Of a DNA stretch of 46,929 nucleotides, positions 19,383 through 29,300 are shown piece by piece. A program made the position numbers and the translations under genes. Each line of letters starts with the position of its first letter. Position 1 is the first letter of the stretch. The notes beneath the pieces are model-generated. The model was not told where the DNA came from. It saw only the letters and a list, made by a program, of their open reading frames with translations, and searched no databases. Source of the DNA: Cyanophyceae cyanobacterium (GTDB lineage: Bacteria; Cyanobacteriota; Cyanobacteriia; Cyanobacteriales; JBHJGN01); the NCBI GenBank assembly GCA_050331735.1, contig JBHJGN010000047.1:1-46929 (forward strand). Direction: 5' to 3'.

Positions 19383-19949
19383 CCGCCGGAGCTGACGGAG
19401 TTCTGTGTCTCTGGGAATATCAGTATTTTGGCTAGGATGTTGAAGGTCGGCAAGCTGCTGCTGCAAGCTGGCAATGAGGCGGCTCTGTTGTTGACACTTT
19501 TGCCGGAGCGAGTCGTAATCGCTGTAAGCAGCAAGCTGCTGCTGTAGAGCTGCAATCTGTTGCTGTAGGTCAGCAATGACGGGATTTTTGTGTGGAGATG
19601 GAGACTGAGGAAGTTTCTGCTGACGATCTCGTTTGCCGGTAGGAGAGGCTGTTGGCGGCTTCTGCTGCTGGATAGGGCGCTCGAGTTGGGGTAACGAGCG
19701 ATGGGGCATGAGATCGGCAAGACGCGATCGCAGTCGCTCGGTTGTCGCGGCATCGGATTTATGAGTAATCACGACGGATGCAGTCGAGCGATCGACGTGG
19801 ATGCTGGTTACTCCGGCTGTTTTCAGCGCTAATTGCTCAAGCTGCTGAGCTAGCGTAGCATTGTCGCTGAGCCGTGGCACTCGTAGCTGCATTTTTCCCG
19901 GCACTGCCTGGACAATTTCAATACCCGTCTGCTCGATGGCGTCACTCAT
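19329..19949 (-). CDS. Hypothetical protein with HMA2-like N-terminus and Gln-rich coiled coil
   Basis: IEIVQAVPGKMQLRVPRL..GVTSI..STASVVI resembles the Cys-less HMA_2 domain; starts 3 nt after the GT4 stop. Confidence 0.7.
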   Translation of the reverse strand: MSDAIEQTGIEIVQAVPGKMQLRVPRLSDNATLAQQLEQLALKTAGVTSIHVDRSTASVVITHKSDAATTERLRSRLADLMPHRSLPQLERPIQQQKPPTASPTGKRDRQQKLPQSPSPHKNPVIADLQQQIAALQQQLAAYSDYDSLRQKCQQQSRLIASLQQQLADLQHPSQNTDIPRDTELRQLRRLATMGEWQLNKWQRRLR

Positions 19950-19952
19950 GAC

Positions 19953-21176
19953 TTAAGTCTTCTGGAGAGAGTCTTCTTTCATCATAAGTTGTTTGTAAAT
20001 TCGGAGATGTTTGTGGGCAATGTCTGACCAGGTGAAGCGACGCACGAACTCACGACCCTGTTGAGCTAAGCGATCACGCTGTTCGCGATCGCTGATGAGC
20101 TTTAAGAGGGCCTCTCTGAGGGCTGCTACGTTGCGGGGCGGCACTAAACAAACTTGATGGTCTAAATCGAGATCGGGCGGTTCGTGGCGGGTAGCTACAA
20201 TCGGCAAGCCATGAGCCATGAGAGTCAGCAGAGAGCTGCTTTTGAGAGTGACCCCGTGATTAAAAGGCAGCACCCCAATATCCGCCCTGGCCAGGTAATG
20301 AGAAGCAACCTCTGCTTCTACATACCCCGTCATCTCCACAACATCCTTTAAGTGCAGCGTGTCGATTAAGGCATGTAGTTTCTCCCAGTATTCCTGAGCC
20401 GCTTGAGCCGGTAACGCCAGACTTTCTACACCCCCAACGAGGAGCAGTCTGACTTGGGGATGCTGCCTAGCAATTGGCTGCAAGGCGCTCAGTAAATTTT
20501 CGATGCCTTTAACCGGATGCAGGAATCCAAAGAAAGCAATGACGGTGGCAGCTTGCCAGCCGTACTGCTCGCGGTACTCTACAGTAGGGTTCGCCGCCGT
20601 TCCGACACTAGCAGCAATGGGAATTCGGTAGACGTGTTCGCTCTTGTGGGGTAGCCGCTCCAGAATCACTCGCTGAGCGTCCGCATTGGTCGTAATAATC
20701 GCTTGGCTTCCCGTGAGTAAAAACCCATCCTCTCGCTCCCACCAGCCGCGCTGCTGTCCCCACTGTTTGACCCCTTCTAGCCACTGAGGGGGAATTCCTG
20801 GAGGTTCCCACTCCCACCAGCCATACTCGTGAACTGTGGTGACAATCGGTTTGCGATCGCCAACTAGCCGTAACAGCAAAGGCAGTAAAAACACCGGGCG
20901 CTGAAACCCGTAGGTTCCGGCGGCATGCTGAATGTGAAGAATATCAGCCGCAGTAGATTTAACGGCACAAACCAGCGGGATCATGTCTGCCAGTCGCCAA
21001 TTCGGCACCACTCCTCGAACAGCGGCCTCATCGACCGCTACAGCCGCTACATCTGTCGTTAGCACGCAGGATTCAACCCCCTGAGCCGATAGTTCTGCTC
21101 GCAGATGGGCTGTATAATCTGCGACCCCACAGCGTTGAGGACGGTATGTTCCAGCAATAAAGGCAACGCGAACCAT
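19953..21176 (-). CDS. GT4 (GT-B) glycosyltransferase
   Basis: CGVADYT, LHIQH, TTVHE, FFGFLHPVKG, AHGLPIVAT, FTWSDIA; canonical EX7E replaced (GVTLKSSS). Confidence 0.88.
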   Translation of the reverse strand: MVRVAFIAGTYRPQRCGVADYTAHLRAELSAQGVESCVLTTDVAAVAVDEAAVRGVVPNWRLADMIPLVCAVKSTAADILHIQHAAGTYGFQRPVFLLPLLLRLVGDRKPIVTTVHEYGWWEWEPPGIPPQWLEGVKQWGQQRGWWEREDGFLLTGSQAIITTNADAQRVILERLPHKSEHVYRIPIAASVGTAANPTVEYREQYGWQAATVIAFFGFLHPVKGIENLLSALQPIARQHPQVRLLLVGGVESLALPAQAAQEYWEKLHALIDTLHLKDVVEMTGYVEAEVASHYLARADIGVLPFNHGVTLKSSSLLTLMAHGLPIVATRHEPPDLDLDHQVCLVPPRNVAALREALLKLISDREQRDRLAQQGREFVRRFTWSDIAHKHLRIYKQLMMKEDSLQKT

Positions 21177-21338
21177 AAAGAGAACGACTAGTCAAACTAA
21201 TAGAGCTAATAACTGGTGAGATAATAAATTTATCACTCTACGTCACAGCCATGAAAATCTTTCAAGTCTCCTCTTCTCGTTCCTCTTTAGCACGTGTAGA
21301 TTAAAACTTGAAACGGGCAAGGAACCAGGCAACACCCT

Positions 21339-21369
21339 CCTTTCCCCCTTCCCCTTTACCCTTTTCCCC
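21339..21369 (+). repeat. Pyrimidine heptamer tandem repeat (CCTTTCC-like x4, STRR-like)
   Basis: CCTTTCC CCCTTCC CCTTTAC CCTTTTC read directly. Confidence 0.6.
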
Positions 21370-21410
21370 ATTAATCGCTGAGCACTCCATTCAACCCATT
21401 TGAAGAAATT

Positions 21411-21629
21411 ATGTCTATTTCTGAAGCCGAAGCTAAGCAGCTATTGCAGCGTCTCATTTTTGAAGAGTTAGATCCTCAAGACTGGAAGCAAGACGTTTGG
21501 GAACTCAACCCCGTTTTAGGGGAAAGCGCGGCCAAACTACTAGAGGTGTTTGAAGCTCTGGTGGAGTGCTGTTCTAAAGAACAATTAGAAAACCTGCTGC
21601 AGACTCTCTACCTAAACAAACTACCGTAA
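21411..21629 (+). CDS. Small acidic helical hypothetical protein (72 aa)
   Basis: ATG start, fills the intergenic gap, protein-like amphipathic composition. Confidence 0.75.
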   Translation: MSISEAEAKQLLQRLIFEELDPQDWKQDVWELNPVLGESAAKLLEVFEALVECCSKEQLENLLQTLYLNKLP

Positions 21630-21688
21630 CCAGATGCAGGAATTTTCGCCAACGATGGGTCGTTTAAGGATAAGCAGACACAAAGAGA

Positions 21689-22357
21689 CTAGTCACCTAA
21701 TTCAGCCTCGCGAACAGCGTTTAATAGCTCGTCCTTATTCATCTTGCTTCGTCCGCTGACGTTTAAATTTTTGGCTCGCTCGTATAGCTCATCGCTGCTG
21801 AGGCTGGAGAGGTCGTCGGTTGTGGTGTCTGCGATCGCCTCTTGCAGCTCGTTTTTATCCATCTTGCTGCGTCCGCTAATATCTAGCTCTTGGGCCTGTT
21901 CGTAGAGCTCCTGTTTGGTGGGTTCGGAGTTTTCATGGGCAGTATAGCCTGCTTCCTCCATCGCCCGCTTGATGGCAGGAGTCCATTCTACGAATTGTTT
22001 TCCCTGTTTTGACGCTTCTTCTTTGGTTTGTTTCGCCTCTTTTTTTTCGGCTTCGCTCAGTTGGTCCCACACCTCTTTTGGAAGATACCGTTTCGTCTTC
22101 CCCTCCTGACGTGCTCGTTCTCCTGATTCGGTCTGCCAGTCCTGTTCTCCCCACTCTTCTAGAGATTTGGCTGCTTCATCTTTTTCGTCTTGCTTGTAGC
22201 CACCGCCCTGTTTTTCGTATTCCTGCACGAGAAGCTGACTTTTTCTGGCGGACCACTGTCCCGGCTTGCCCCCTTTATCGGATTCCATCAGCTCATCTTT
22301 AATCTCCCGCCGTAGCTCAGGTTTGGTGTATTTTTCTTCGTAGTGATCGCTTGCCAT
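21689..22357 (-). CDS. DUF5872-like protein with two C-terminal Rho-N-like repeats
   Basis: YTKPELR..KGGKPGQWSARKSQL..YEKQGGGY..W..QDWQT..RYLPK; two repeats ELYExAxxLxxSGRSKMxKxEL. ATG 22357 preferred. Confidence 0.82.
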   Translation of the reverse strand: MASDHYEEKYTKPELRREIKDELMESDKGGKPGQWSARKSQLLVQEYEKQGGGYKQDEKDEAAKSLEEWGEQDWQTESGERARQEGKTKRYLPKEVWDQLSEAEKKEAKQTKEEASKQGKQFVEWTPAIKRAMEEAGYTAHENSEPTKQELYEQAQELDISGRSKMDKNELQEAIADTTTDDLSSLSSDELYERAKNLNVSGRSKMNKDELLNAVREAELGD

Positions 22358-22516
22358 GTCTTGATTACGGTTAACTCTGTTGGTCATTGTACATAGAAAG
22401 AACACTCTTCCCGGGGGAAAAGTGTTCTTGGGATAAAACAAACTTGCCCTAAGCACTAGGAGCTATGGTTCGCTCTGGGAGGAGCGGTCGGTTACCAAAA
22501 CTCAATGGCCAAGGTA

Positions 22517-25500
22517 CTAGGAGATAGTGCCATCGACAGCAAACACCTCAATTCCCTTTAAAGCAGGATTATTACTGTTGGCGTTATGCAAGAATTCCAG
22601 GCTGAGGCTATTGTCATTTACCGTTGTCGTATGAGATAGCGCAAAACCAGCGTTCAGGCCCGCGATCGCAAACTGGTCGATGTCGTCAAACTCTGCGGGG
22701 ACAGACCCCTCGACTTCAACATCAAAAACTCGTTTGCCAACGGCATTAGCCTTGCTGTAATTTTCCGCAAAGAACAGCCGCACTTCGTAGTCGCCGTCAG
22801 CTTCAACCGGCAGTTCCCACTTCATAGGAGAACCTGACTTCGGATCCCAGCGCTCTGACTGGAAGATGGCTTCGGGCGCGCTGGCAGGAACGCTTTGGCC
22901 GGTAATATCAATGGCGGCATTTGTTGTCGCAATCTTGTTCCCGCCGTTGCCCACTCTTAAAGTGGATGGATTAGAGCTAGTGTCTTCACTCCAGCCTGTT
23001 GAGCCATCCGCTGCGGCTACGGCTGGGCCACCGACGTTAATCCGATGGAGCAGGACAGGCCCAGCCGCCGTCCCATCATCATCAGCCAGCGCGATCGTAG
23101 CCGTATCGGCAGCATCGAGCACAACATCACTATCTCCTGCCGTAATCGCATCAAGAGTAATTTCAACGCTCTCGTTCCCTTCGCTTTCCTGGTCGTCTAG
23201 CACCGCAACATCAATAGAAGCCGCTAGCTCGCCAGCCGAAATCGTTACCGTTCCGCTTAAAGCCGTGTAGTCATCATCAGGAGTCGCTGTCCCTTCCACG
23301 CTATAGCTAATAACCGTGTCGGTAGTGGCTGCCTCGCTGAGGCTGACAGTGAATTGACCGTTACTATCGGGTTCTGCGGCATCTTGAGTAGATGAGAGCG
23401 ACACCTCTATTTGTGTGGTTGACTGTTCCTCAAATTGTAGATAAATAGGCTGTGTCACTGAACCGAGCGGCAAATCGTCATTCGTGGGGTCGATAACGCT
23501 AGCGACAAAACCAAGAGGCAATTGGTCCTCCCCGGGGAAGTCGTAGTTAGCAACGCCCGAGAAATCAAACTGATTCGAGATCTCCTGGTTCTCGCCAGTC
23601 AGCGTCACATCAACCGTCTGAAATTCAACAGCGTTGTTGGCCGGAAAGACTGAGGCAGCCAAGTCCTCTAGCTGATCGGCTAGAAAAGGAGCGTAGGGGT
23701 CTACCGGCTGAATGAATCCTTTAGTCAACACAACCCGCGCTGTCTGTCCATCAGGTCCGTTGACTACCACACTAGGATCGCTACTATCGTAAGTACCAAT
23801 GTCCCCTGCGCCCAGTCCATTTACCGCGAGAGAAACCGGGAGTTCGGGAGAATCTGACGAGGCGAGAGCCTGAGAGCCAGCCTGACTACCGTCGCCTTGG
23901 AGTTGCCCCGTAGCCGTTGTTCCGTCCGTGAACGTGACTGTAAACGTTGAACCAATTAATTCGGCCCCCGAGACGCCGCCAACATCCCAAGCTGGAGCTG
24001 AACCAGCATCCAAATTAGATTTTTGAGTCCCGGCAACCGAGTTGGGGTCCATGTCTACGGCGAAACCGACTGTCTCTCCGTTTTCAAACCCACCATCAAC
24101 TGTTTCGTCAAATGTCAGTCTTAAACCTTCATAGCCTGCTGTTCCGCCAGCGCCGACATAAGAATTGTTACTAGGGGCAACTACTCCAGTATCGCCATTG
24201 GTGTTGATGGTTAAGGATTTCGAGGCAGTATCTCCAGCCTCTCCGAAGGGATCAAAGACCGTGTCTGGATAAAGGGCATCGGTGACATCAATATCCACCT
24301 GAGCAATTTTCTTCTGACCTGTATTCGTAATTTGGAATGAGTTATTACCGAAGTTTGATTCCTGAACGTCACTGATGCCAGGAGTAATCGTTAAGACGGC
24401 TTCTCCATTACCAGTTTCATTCACATCGCTGACGGTAACGCCAATGGTTTGCAGGTCGGTCAAGCCGGTGGAGTCTTCGACGATCGCCTCAAGCTGGTAA
24501 ATGTTGTCACCATCATTATCAAGAGGGTTCTCAAAGTCTGGAGCGTTGATAAAGCTCAATTCCCCAGTATCCGGATCGAGCTCAAAGAGTGCTGCATCCG
24601 GCCCTGACAAAGGTTGATAAGTCAGACCGTTTCCTTCCACATCGCCATTGGCATCTGTGGCATCGATATCCACAACCTCCGTTTGATTCTCCGGCACGGT
24701 TACTGAGTCTGCTGTTGTAATGGTAGGAGCCGACTCGTTTTCGTTGACATCGCTGACGGTCACACTCATGAGCTGGGCATCGGTCAGTCCAGTAGAGTCG
24801 GTGACCATCACCTCGACCGTATAGACGTTATCGCTGTTGTCATCGCTGGGCTCCTCAAAGTCCGGTGCTGTAGCAAAGCTCAAGCTCCCCGTATTAGAAT
24901 CAATAGCAAAGCTGCCCTGATCTACTCCTCCGGTCAGGCTGTAGGTAAGACCATTGCCTTCCGAATCTCCGTTAGCATCTGTGGCATTAACATCCACAAC
25001 CGCCGTCTGATTCTCCGGTACAGTCACTGAGGTTGCTGTAGTGATGGTGGGAGCCACTTCGTCCAACACCTGTGAAGACAGAATTTCAATTCCCTTCAGA
25101 GCTGGATTCTGGATATCGTGAAGAAATTCTAGGTTGAGGACACTGTCGCTAACCGTCAAGGTATGAGACAACATCAATCCTCCGTAGCCAGCCTCCTCAT
25201 ACGGATCAATGTTGTCAAAAACACTGGGAATGTCTCCTTCAACCGAGACATCAAAGACCCGCTGGTTGGGAGCAACAATGGGTTTGTAAATCTCGGCGAA
25301 GTAGAGTCTCACTTCCACGTCGCTGCCTGAGTCAACGGGAAACGCCCACTGCATGTTCGCCCCTGAACTCGGATCCCAGCGTTCCGATTGAAAGAGAGCT
25401 TCGGGGGCATTACCAAGCAGGCTAGGATCGCTCAGGTCGATAGCATCAGCAGTCGTGTAAACTTTACTGCCACCACTGCCGACTCTGAAGGAGGAGGGAT

Positions 25501-28500
25501 TTGTGCTGGTGTCTGCACTCCAGTCTGGGGTAGAGCCATCTGCTGAGGCGACCTGTTCCCCGCCAACGTTGACGCGATAGAGAATAGCAGACTCATCGTT
25601 ATCAACTACGTTTACCGCAAGATTGGGAACGTTCACTTGGGCATAGTCGCTATCGTTGGTGCTGAGTTGATGAGTAATCTGACCAGTATGACTTCCTTCG
25701 CTGTCACTGTCGTCCACCGCCGTAATCGTCACCTGCTGGGGGGTGTCCCAATTAGCGGGAGTAAAGACCACGTCAGATTGGTCCAGGGTGACTTGGGAAT
25801 TGGGCGAGAGGGAGACTGTTACATCGGACGTGGGTTGGGTGCTCAGAACTAAAGAATAGGTATCGGTAAATCCCCCTTCTGCGACTTCGGTGAGTCCATC
25901 CGTCTCTACTAACAGTACCTGGGGCACGTCATTATCAACAACCTCCACTACCAGGTTGGGAACGTTCACCTGAGCATAGTTGCTATCGTTGGTGCTGAGC
26001 TGATGAGTAATCTGACCAGTATGACTTCCTTCGCTGTCACTGTCGTCCACTGCCGTAATCGTTACCTGTTGGGGGGCAGCCCAGTTGGTAGGAGTAAAGA
26101 CAACCTCAGCTTTATCGAGGGTAACTTGGGCATTAGGCGAGAGGGAGACCGTTACATCGGACGTGGGTTGGGTGCTCAGAACTAGCGAATAGGTGGCAAC
26201 GGCACCGCCTTCAGTCACTTGTGTTTGACTACCGCTCTCCTCGACTAACACCTGGGGAGTCGCCACCGTTAAATCCAGAAAATCGGCAGTAAATGGTTGC
26301 GCTCCTTGTGAGGTTGAAGTCAACGTAATCACTGGAGCACTCTGAATCCCGTTGATGGTGTTCTGTCCCTGCAAAGCCTGCGCGACTGTTCCTCCGCTTG
26401 TTAACGGGACTGGAGCATTACCAAGCTGGATAATGTCAGACCAAGCCCCTTGGGTCTGATAACGCCAGGAAGGAATCACTTCGAGGGTGTCCGTATCAAC
26501 TGTGAGAAACAGTTCAATCAGATCGTCATCAATAGCGTTGAGAAGATCAGGGGCAGCCGTAGCCAAACTGGCCAGGGAGCTGTCGTTTTCCTCGTAGGAA
26601 AACTTCACCTGGGCACCCGTTGAATCATCTGCAGCGACGGCAATTCCTAACCAATTGGACATGGTGCCATCGCCAAGAGCCACTCCCATCGAGGCTGACT
26701 CACTAAAGGAAACACCGTTGTTGGCATCGCTAGTAAAGGGATTAAAGACGGGCACTTTAATCGTAAATTGACTGACGTCAGCGGCTGGCAAAAAGCCAGT
26801 CTGCATGGCATCTTGCTGATCGTTACTGCCGCCTTCAAGATCTCCGGTTCCCACACTTTTCACCTGGAAGATGCCCGGAGCTCCACCCCGAATTGTATTG
26901 TTGAGGTCTGTGAGGGAAGGATCGCTAAACAGCTCCGCAGGTTCACCATCTTCTTCTAACAGCCAAGATCCGTTCACCATCCAGCCCGTCATGCCGATGT
27001 TGTACTCGCCCGATGGACCGGGATGAACGCCGCTGTCGGCAGGATTGAAATCCCAAAAGAGAATTTCATCGGGGTTGAGCAAGGTATTAGTACCGTTGAC
27101 CGGATCGTACTGTAGCGGGTCAATGTTGTCTTCTAAACCATCGTCATCTTTATCAATATCCGTTGGGGGGGGAGTGCCAGGAACCAACGCCGTTAAACTG
27201 TCTGAACCAAATTTAGCAATAAACAGAGCATCTTTAAATTGCTCAGTTCCAACGGCAAAAGCTTCAACATCTCTTACGTCTAGAGGGGTGCCACCAATCA
27301 AAACTGGAGAGATATCGGTCAGGTTCGTTCCAGCCTGAGTGCCATCCCCGACAATTTCCATAAAGTAGATATTGCCATTGAAAGCCACAACGACCACCAC
27401 TTCGGCTCCTGGAACATCGGTAACAGGATTACTTCCCGTAACTTTCCCGGCAATATATTCCGCTAGACCGTTTGACGAACTGTCGATCGTGACGAGAGAA
27501 TTATCGGGGCCTTTATCTGTACCGTACGGATTGTCGCCCGGAGTGAGGTAAACTCCAGCGTCGGGATTGGTCACACCGCCAGCAATCTCATTCCAGTCTG
27601 AGGGAAGATCGTCTTCTAGGGTAGTAGGATCGTTGTTTGGGTCACTCGGATCGGTTAGTTGTTTCACCACCGGCGAACCGCTACTGGTATCGACCCAGTA
27701 CAGTCCAGCCGCCGGACCCGAGGCATACACTGGGTTTGGATGACCAGCATAGAATCCTTCCGTTACTAAATGGAGATTATCCGGGTCGTTGTCGTTGCCA
27801 GTGTTGACATCAATATTAGGAGTATTGGTCGCTACCTGGCTACTGTCAGTAACAGGAGTTCCATCGGCTGTTAGAGGAACGTCTCCCCAGCCATTGTTAG
27901 GACCGTTATCAAAGGTATAGATATTGTCATTTTCGGTAATGACGATGTCATAGGCATTGCGATAGCCCATCGAATAGATCTGCACCGGACCATTCGGGTC
28001 GTATTTAGCTTGATTACGCCCATCGTTGCCGCCAAAGGTATCTGCGGCTTCGGCATCGGCTAGCCCTGTGGTGCCGGCGGCGGTGTCCTGACCTTGGTCG
28101 TTGTCAGGGCGAGTCGGATCGTTCAACGTTGGCAGAGCATAAACGTAGGGATCGACGTAGTCTGTTCCTCCTTTGAGTCCTTCGGCAGCCTCAATTTGTT
28201 CCAATTGAGTAAGATCGATGCGTAGCACGGCGGCTGAGTAATAATACTCAGAGGTCCAGGCAAAGTTGTTGCTTGGTGCTCCTCTGTTGGTGTTGCCCCC
28301 CGACACGACGTACATAATTTGGTGGGGTTCACCGTCAACCATCTCTGTCCGAATGTCCATGCCATTGGTGGAGTGGTTTTCTTCTGACCTCGGTAGGCCG
28401 ATTACGAGGTCTACTTTCTCCCAGGTATTTCCGGTCTTAGTGAGGCGAGAAATGATCCCAGAGTTAGTGTCTAGATTTTTCTCACTCCCGCTTTTTCCTC

Positions 28501-28861
28501 CTCCAATCCGTGGATCGCTGGAAGACACATATAAGACAACTTCTCCGTTAGCTCCTTCGTCTACTACTAATCCAGTTACCTGGCGGTTGTTGACAGACTC
28601 ATTGAGAGCTCCATCGTCATCATGGTTGGGGATGTTTTGGACAAGCTCATTTTTATCAGCTCCACCTTTGTTGTTAATAACCAGTTTGGTAATGTTGCCA
28701 TTCTGATCGAGGATAGGCTTGAGGCTATAGGAGCGAATCAGTCCGTCTTGCTGGGATACATAAAGACGGCCATCCGGTCCGAACTGAAGCGAAGTAGGAT
28801 TGTTCAGAGGATTTCCCTTCAAGTCCACTTCGACTTGGTTGAATTCAGGTGATAGAGACAT
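22517..28861 (-). CDS. 2114-aa acidic extracellular multidomain protein: sugar-dehydrogenase-like beta-propeller, Calx-beta/Ig-like repeats, 2 cadherin repeats, 2 malectin domains
   Basis: NPTSLQFGPDGRLYV and GYRNAYD (GSDH-like); YRVNVGG..QSERWD..LYFAE..RVFDV..ALKGIE twice (malectin); APTIT..VPEN..APDFE..VSDVNE twice (cadherin); TATPDDDY..VLDD..EGNE (Calx-beta). Confidence 0.9.
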   Translation of the reverse strand: MSLSPEFNQVEVDLKGNPLNNPTSLQFGPDGRLYVSQQDGLIRSYSLKPILDQNGNITKLVINNKGGADKNELVQNIPNHDDDGALNESVNNRQVTGLVVDEGANGEVVLYVSSSDPRIGGGKSGSEKNLDTNSGIISRLTKTGNTWEKVDLVIGLPRSEENHSTNGMDIRTEMVDGEPHQIMYVVSGGNTNRGAPSNNFAWTSEYYYSAAVLRIDLTQLEQIEAAEGLKGGTDYVDPYVYALPTLNDPTRPDNDQGQDTAAGTTGLADAEAADTFGGNDGRNQAKYDPNGPVQIYSMGYRNAYDIVITENDNIYTFDNGPNNGWGDVPLTADGTPVTDSSQVATNTPNIDVNTGNDNDPDNLHLVTEGFYAGHPNPVYASGPAAGLYWVDTSSGSPVVKQLTDPSDPNNDPTTLEDDLPSDWNEIAGGVTNPDAGVYLTPGDNPYGTDKGPDNSLVTIDSSSNGLAEYIAGKVTGSNPVTDVPGAEVVVVVAFNGNIYFMEIVGDGTQAGTNLTDISPVLIGGTPLDVRDVEAFAVGTEQFKDALFIAKFGSDSLTALVPGTPPPTDIDKDDDGLEDNIDPLQYDPVNGTNTLLNPDEILFWDFNPADSGVHPGPSGEYNIGMTGWMVNGSWLLEEDGEPAELFSDPSLTDLNNTIRGGAPGIFQVKSVGTGDLEGGSNDQQDAMQTGFLPAADVSQFTIKVPVFNPFTSDANNGVSFSESASMGVALGDGTMSNWLGIAVAADDSTGAQVKFSYEENDSSLASLATAAPDLLNAIDDDLIELFLTVDTDTLEVIPSWRYQTQGAWSDIIQLGNAPVPLTSGGTVAQALQGQNTINGIQSAPVITLTSTSQGAQPFTADFLDLTVATPQVLVEESGSQTQVTEGGAVATYSLVLSTQPTSDVTVSLSPNAQVTLDKAEVVFTPTNWAAPQQVTITAVDDSDSEGSHTGQITHQLSTNDSNYAQVNVPNLVVEVVDNDVPQVLLVETDGLTEVAEGGFTDTYSLVLSTQPTSDVTVSLSPNSQVTLDQSDVVFTPANWDTPQQVTITAVDDSDSEGSHTGQITHQLSTNDSDYAQVNVPNLAVNVVDNDESAILYRVNVGGEQVASADGSTPDWSADTSTNPSSFRVGSGGSKVYTTADAIDLSDPSLLGNAPEALFQSERWDPSSGANMQWAFPVDSGSDVEVRLYFAEIYKPIVAPNQRVFDVSVEGDIPSVFDNIDPYEEAGYGGLMLSHTLTVSDSVLNLEFLHDIQNPALKGIEILSSQVLDEVAPTITTATSVTVPENQTAVVDVNATDANGDSEGNGLTYSLTGGVDQGSFAIDSNTGSLSFATAPDFEEPSDDNSDNVYTVEVMVTDSTGLTDAQLMSVTVSDVNENESAPTITTADSVTVPENQTEVVDIDATDANGDVEGNGLTYQPLSGPDAALFELDPDTGELSFINAPDFENPLDNDGDNIYQLEAIVEDSTGLTDLQTIGVTVSDVNETGNGEAVLTITPGISDVQESNFGNNSFQITNTGQKKIAQVDIDVTDALYPDTVFDPFGEAGDTASKSLTINTNGDTGVVAPSNNSYVGAGGTAGYEGLRLTFDETVDGGFENGETVGFAVDMDPNSVAGTQKSNLDAGSAPAWDVGGVSGAELIGSTFTVTFTDGTTATGQLQGDGSQAGSQALASSDSPELPVSLAVNGLGAGDIGTYDSSDPSVVVNGPDGQTARVVLTKGFIQPVDPYAPFLADQLEDLAASVFPANNAVEFQTVDVTLTGENQEISNQFDFSGVANYDFPGEDQLPLGFVASVIDPTNDDLPLGSVTQPIYLQFEEQSTTQIEVSLSSTQDAAEPDSNGQFTVSLSEAATTDTVISYSVEGTATPDDDYTALSGTVTISAGELAASIDVAVLDDQESEGNESVEITLDAITAGDSDVVLDAADTATIALADDDGTAAGPVLLHRINVGGPAVAAADGSTGWSEDTSSNPSTLRVGNGGNKIATTNAAIDITGQSVPASAPEAIFQSERWDPKSGSPMKWELPVEADGDYEVRLFFAENYSKANAVGKRVFDVEVEGSVPAEFDDIDQFAIAGLNAGFALSHTTTVNDNSLSLEFLHNANSNNPALKGIEVFAVDGTIS
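24416..25054 (-). repeat. Two tandem cadherin-type coding repeats (starts 324 nt apart)
   Basis: APTITTA.SVTVPENQT.VVD..ATDANGD.EGNGLTY begins at 25054 and at 24730. Confidence 0.85.
25623..26192 (-). repeat. Two highly similar 333-nt-period coding repeats (Calx-beta/Ig-like domain duplication)
   Basis: TTGGGAACGTTCAC starts at 25623 and 25956; long identical runs such as TGATGAGTAATCTGACCAGTATGACTTCCTTCGCTGTCACTGTCGTCCAC in both copies. Confidence 0.95.
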
Positions 28862-29300
28862 ATGACTTAAGGTGTTAGTAAGTGTAGTGTTTTTTCGACC
28901 TGTGCCATCCCGATAACGATGGGACGGGTTTAGATGACCAGCAATCTTTACCTGGAATTAAGGAAAAGGAGCTGCTGGAGCATCAACGGCTTTGATAGGC
29001 CGTCATGCTGAGCAAAGGGCGTTTTTCTGAGAACTAACGTAAAGTTGATTGACGAACAGTCAAGCTAGACAGGTCTGCCTAAACGCAGCTAGTTGTTAGC
29101 ACCAGAGAATCTACTTATCCCATTGCTTAGATATATGTATTCGATCTCTACCTACAAGCGGTGTACCAGCCATTCCGGAAATATTTGCGGAAACTACTGA
29201 GACCGCTTTTAAAAAAGCTAGCTTAGATTGCTGCTTTTTCCGTAGCTCAGTTATATATTTATGCACGATATGGTTTAAATCAGCAGAATCTTAAGAAAAT

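Noticed and set aside
28862..29100. c-di-GMP riboswitch in the giant gene leader
   Set aside because: The class I core (GGCAAA..GAAA..GACGCAAA) was not found on either strand; kept only as a generic structured leader.
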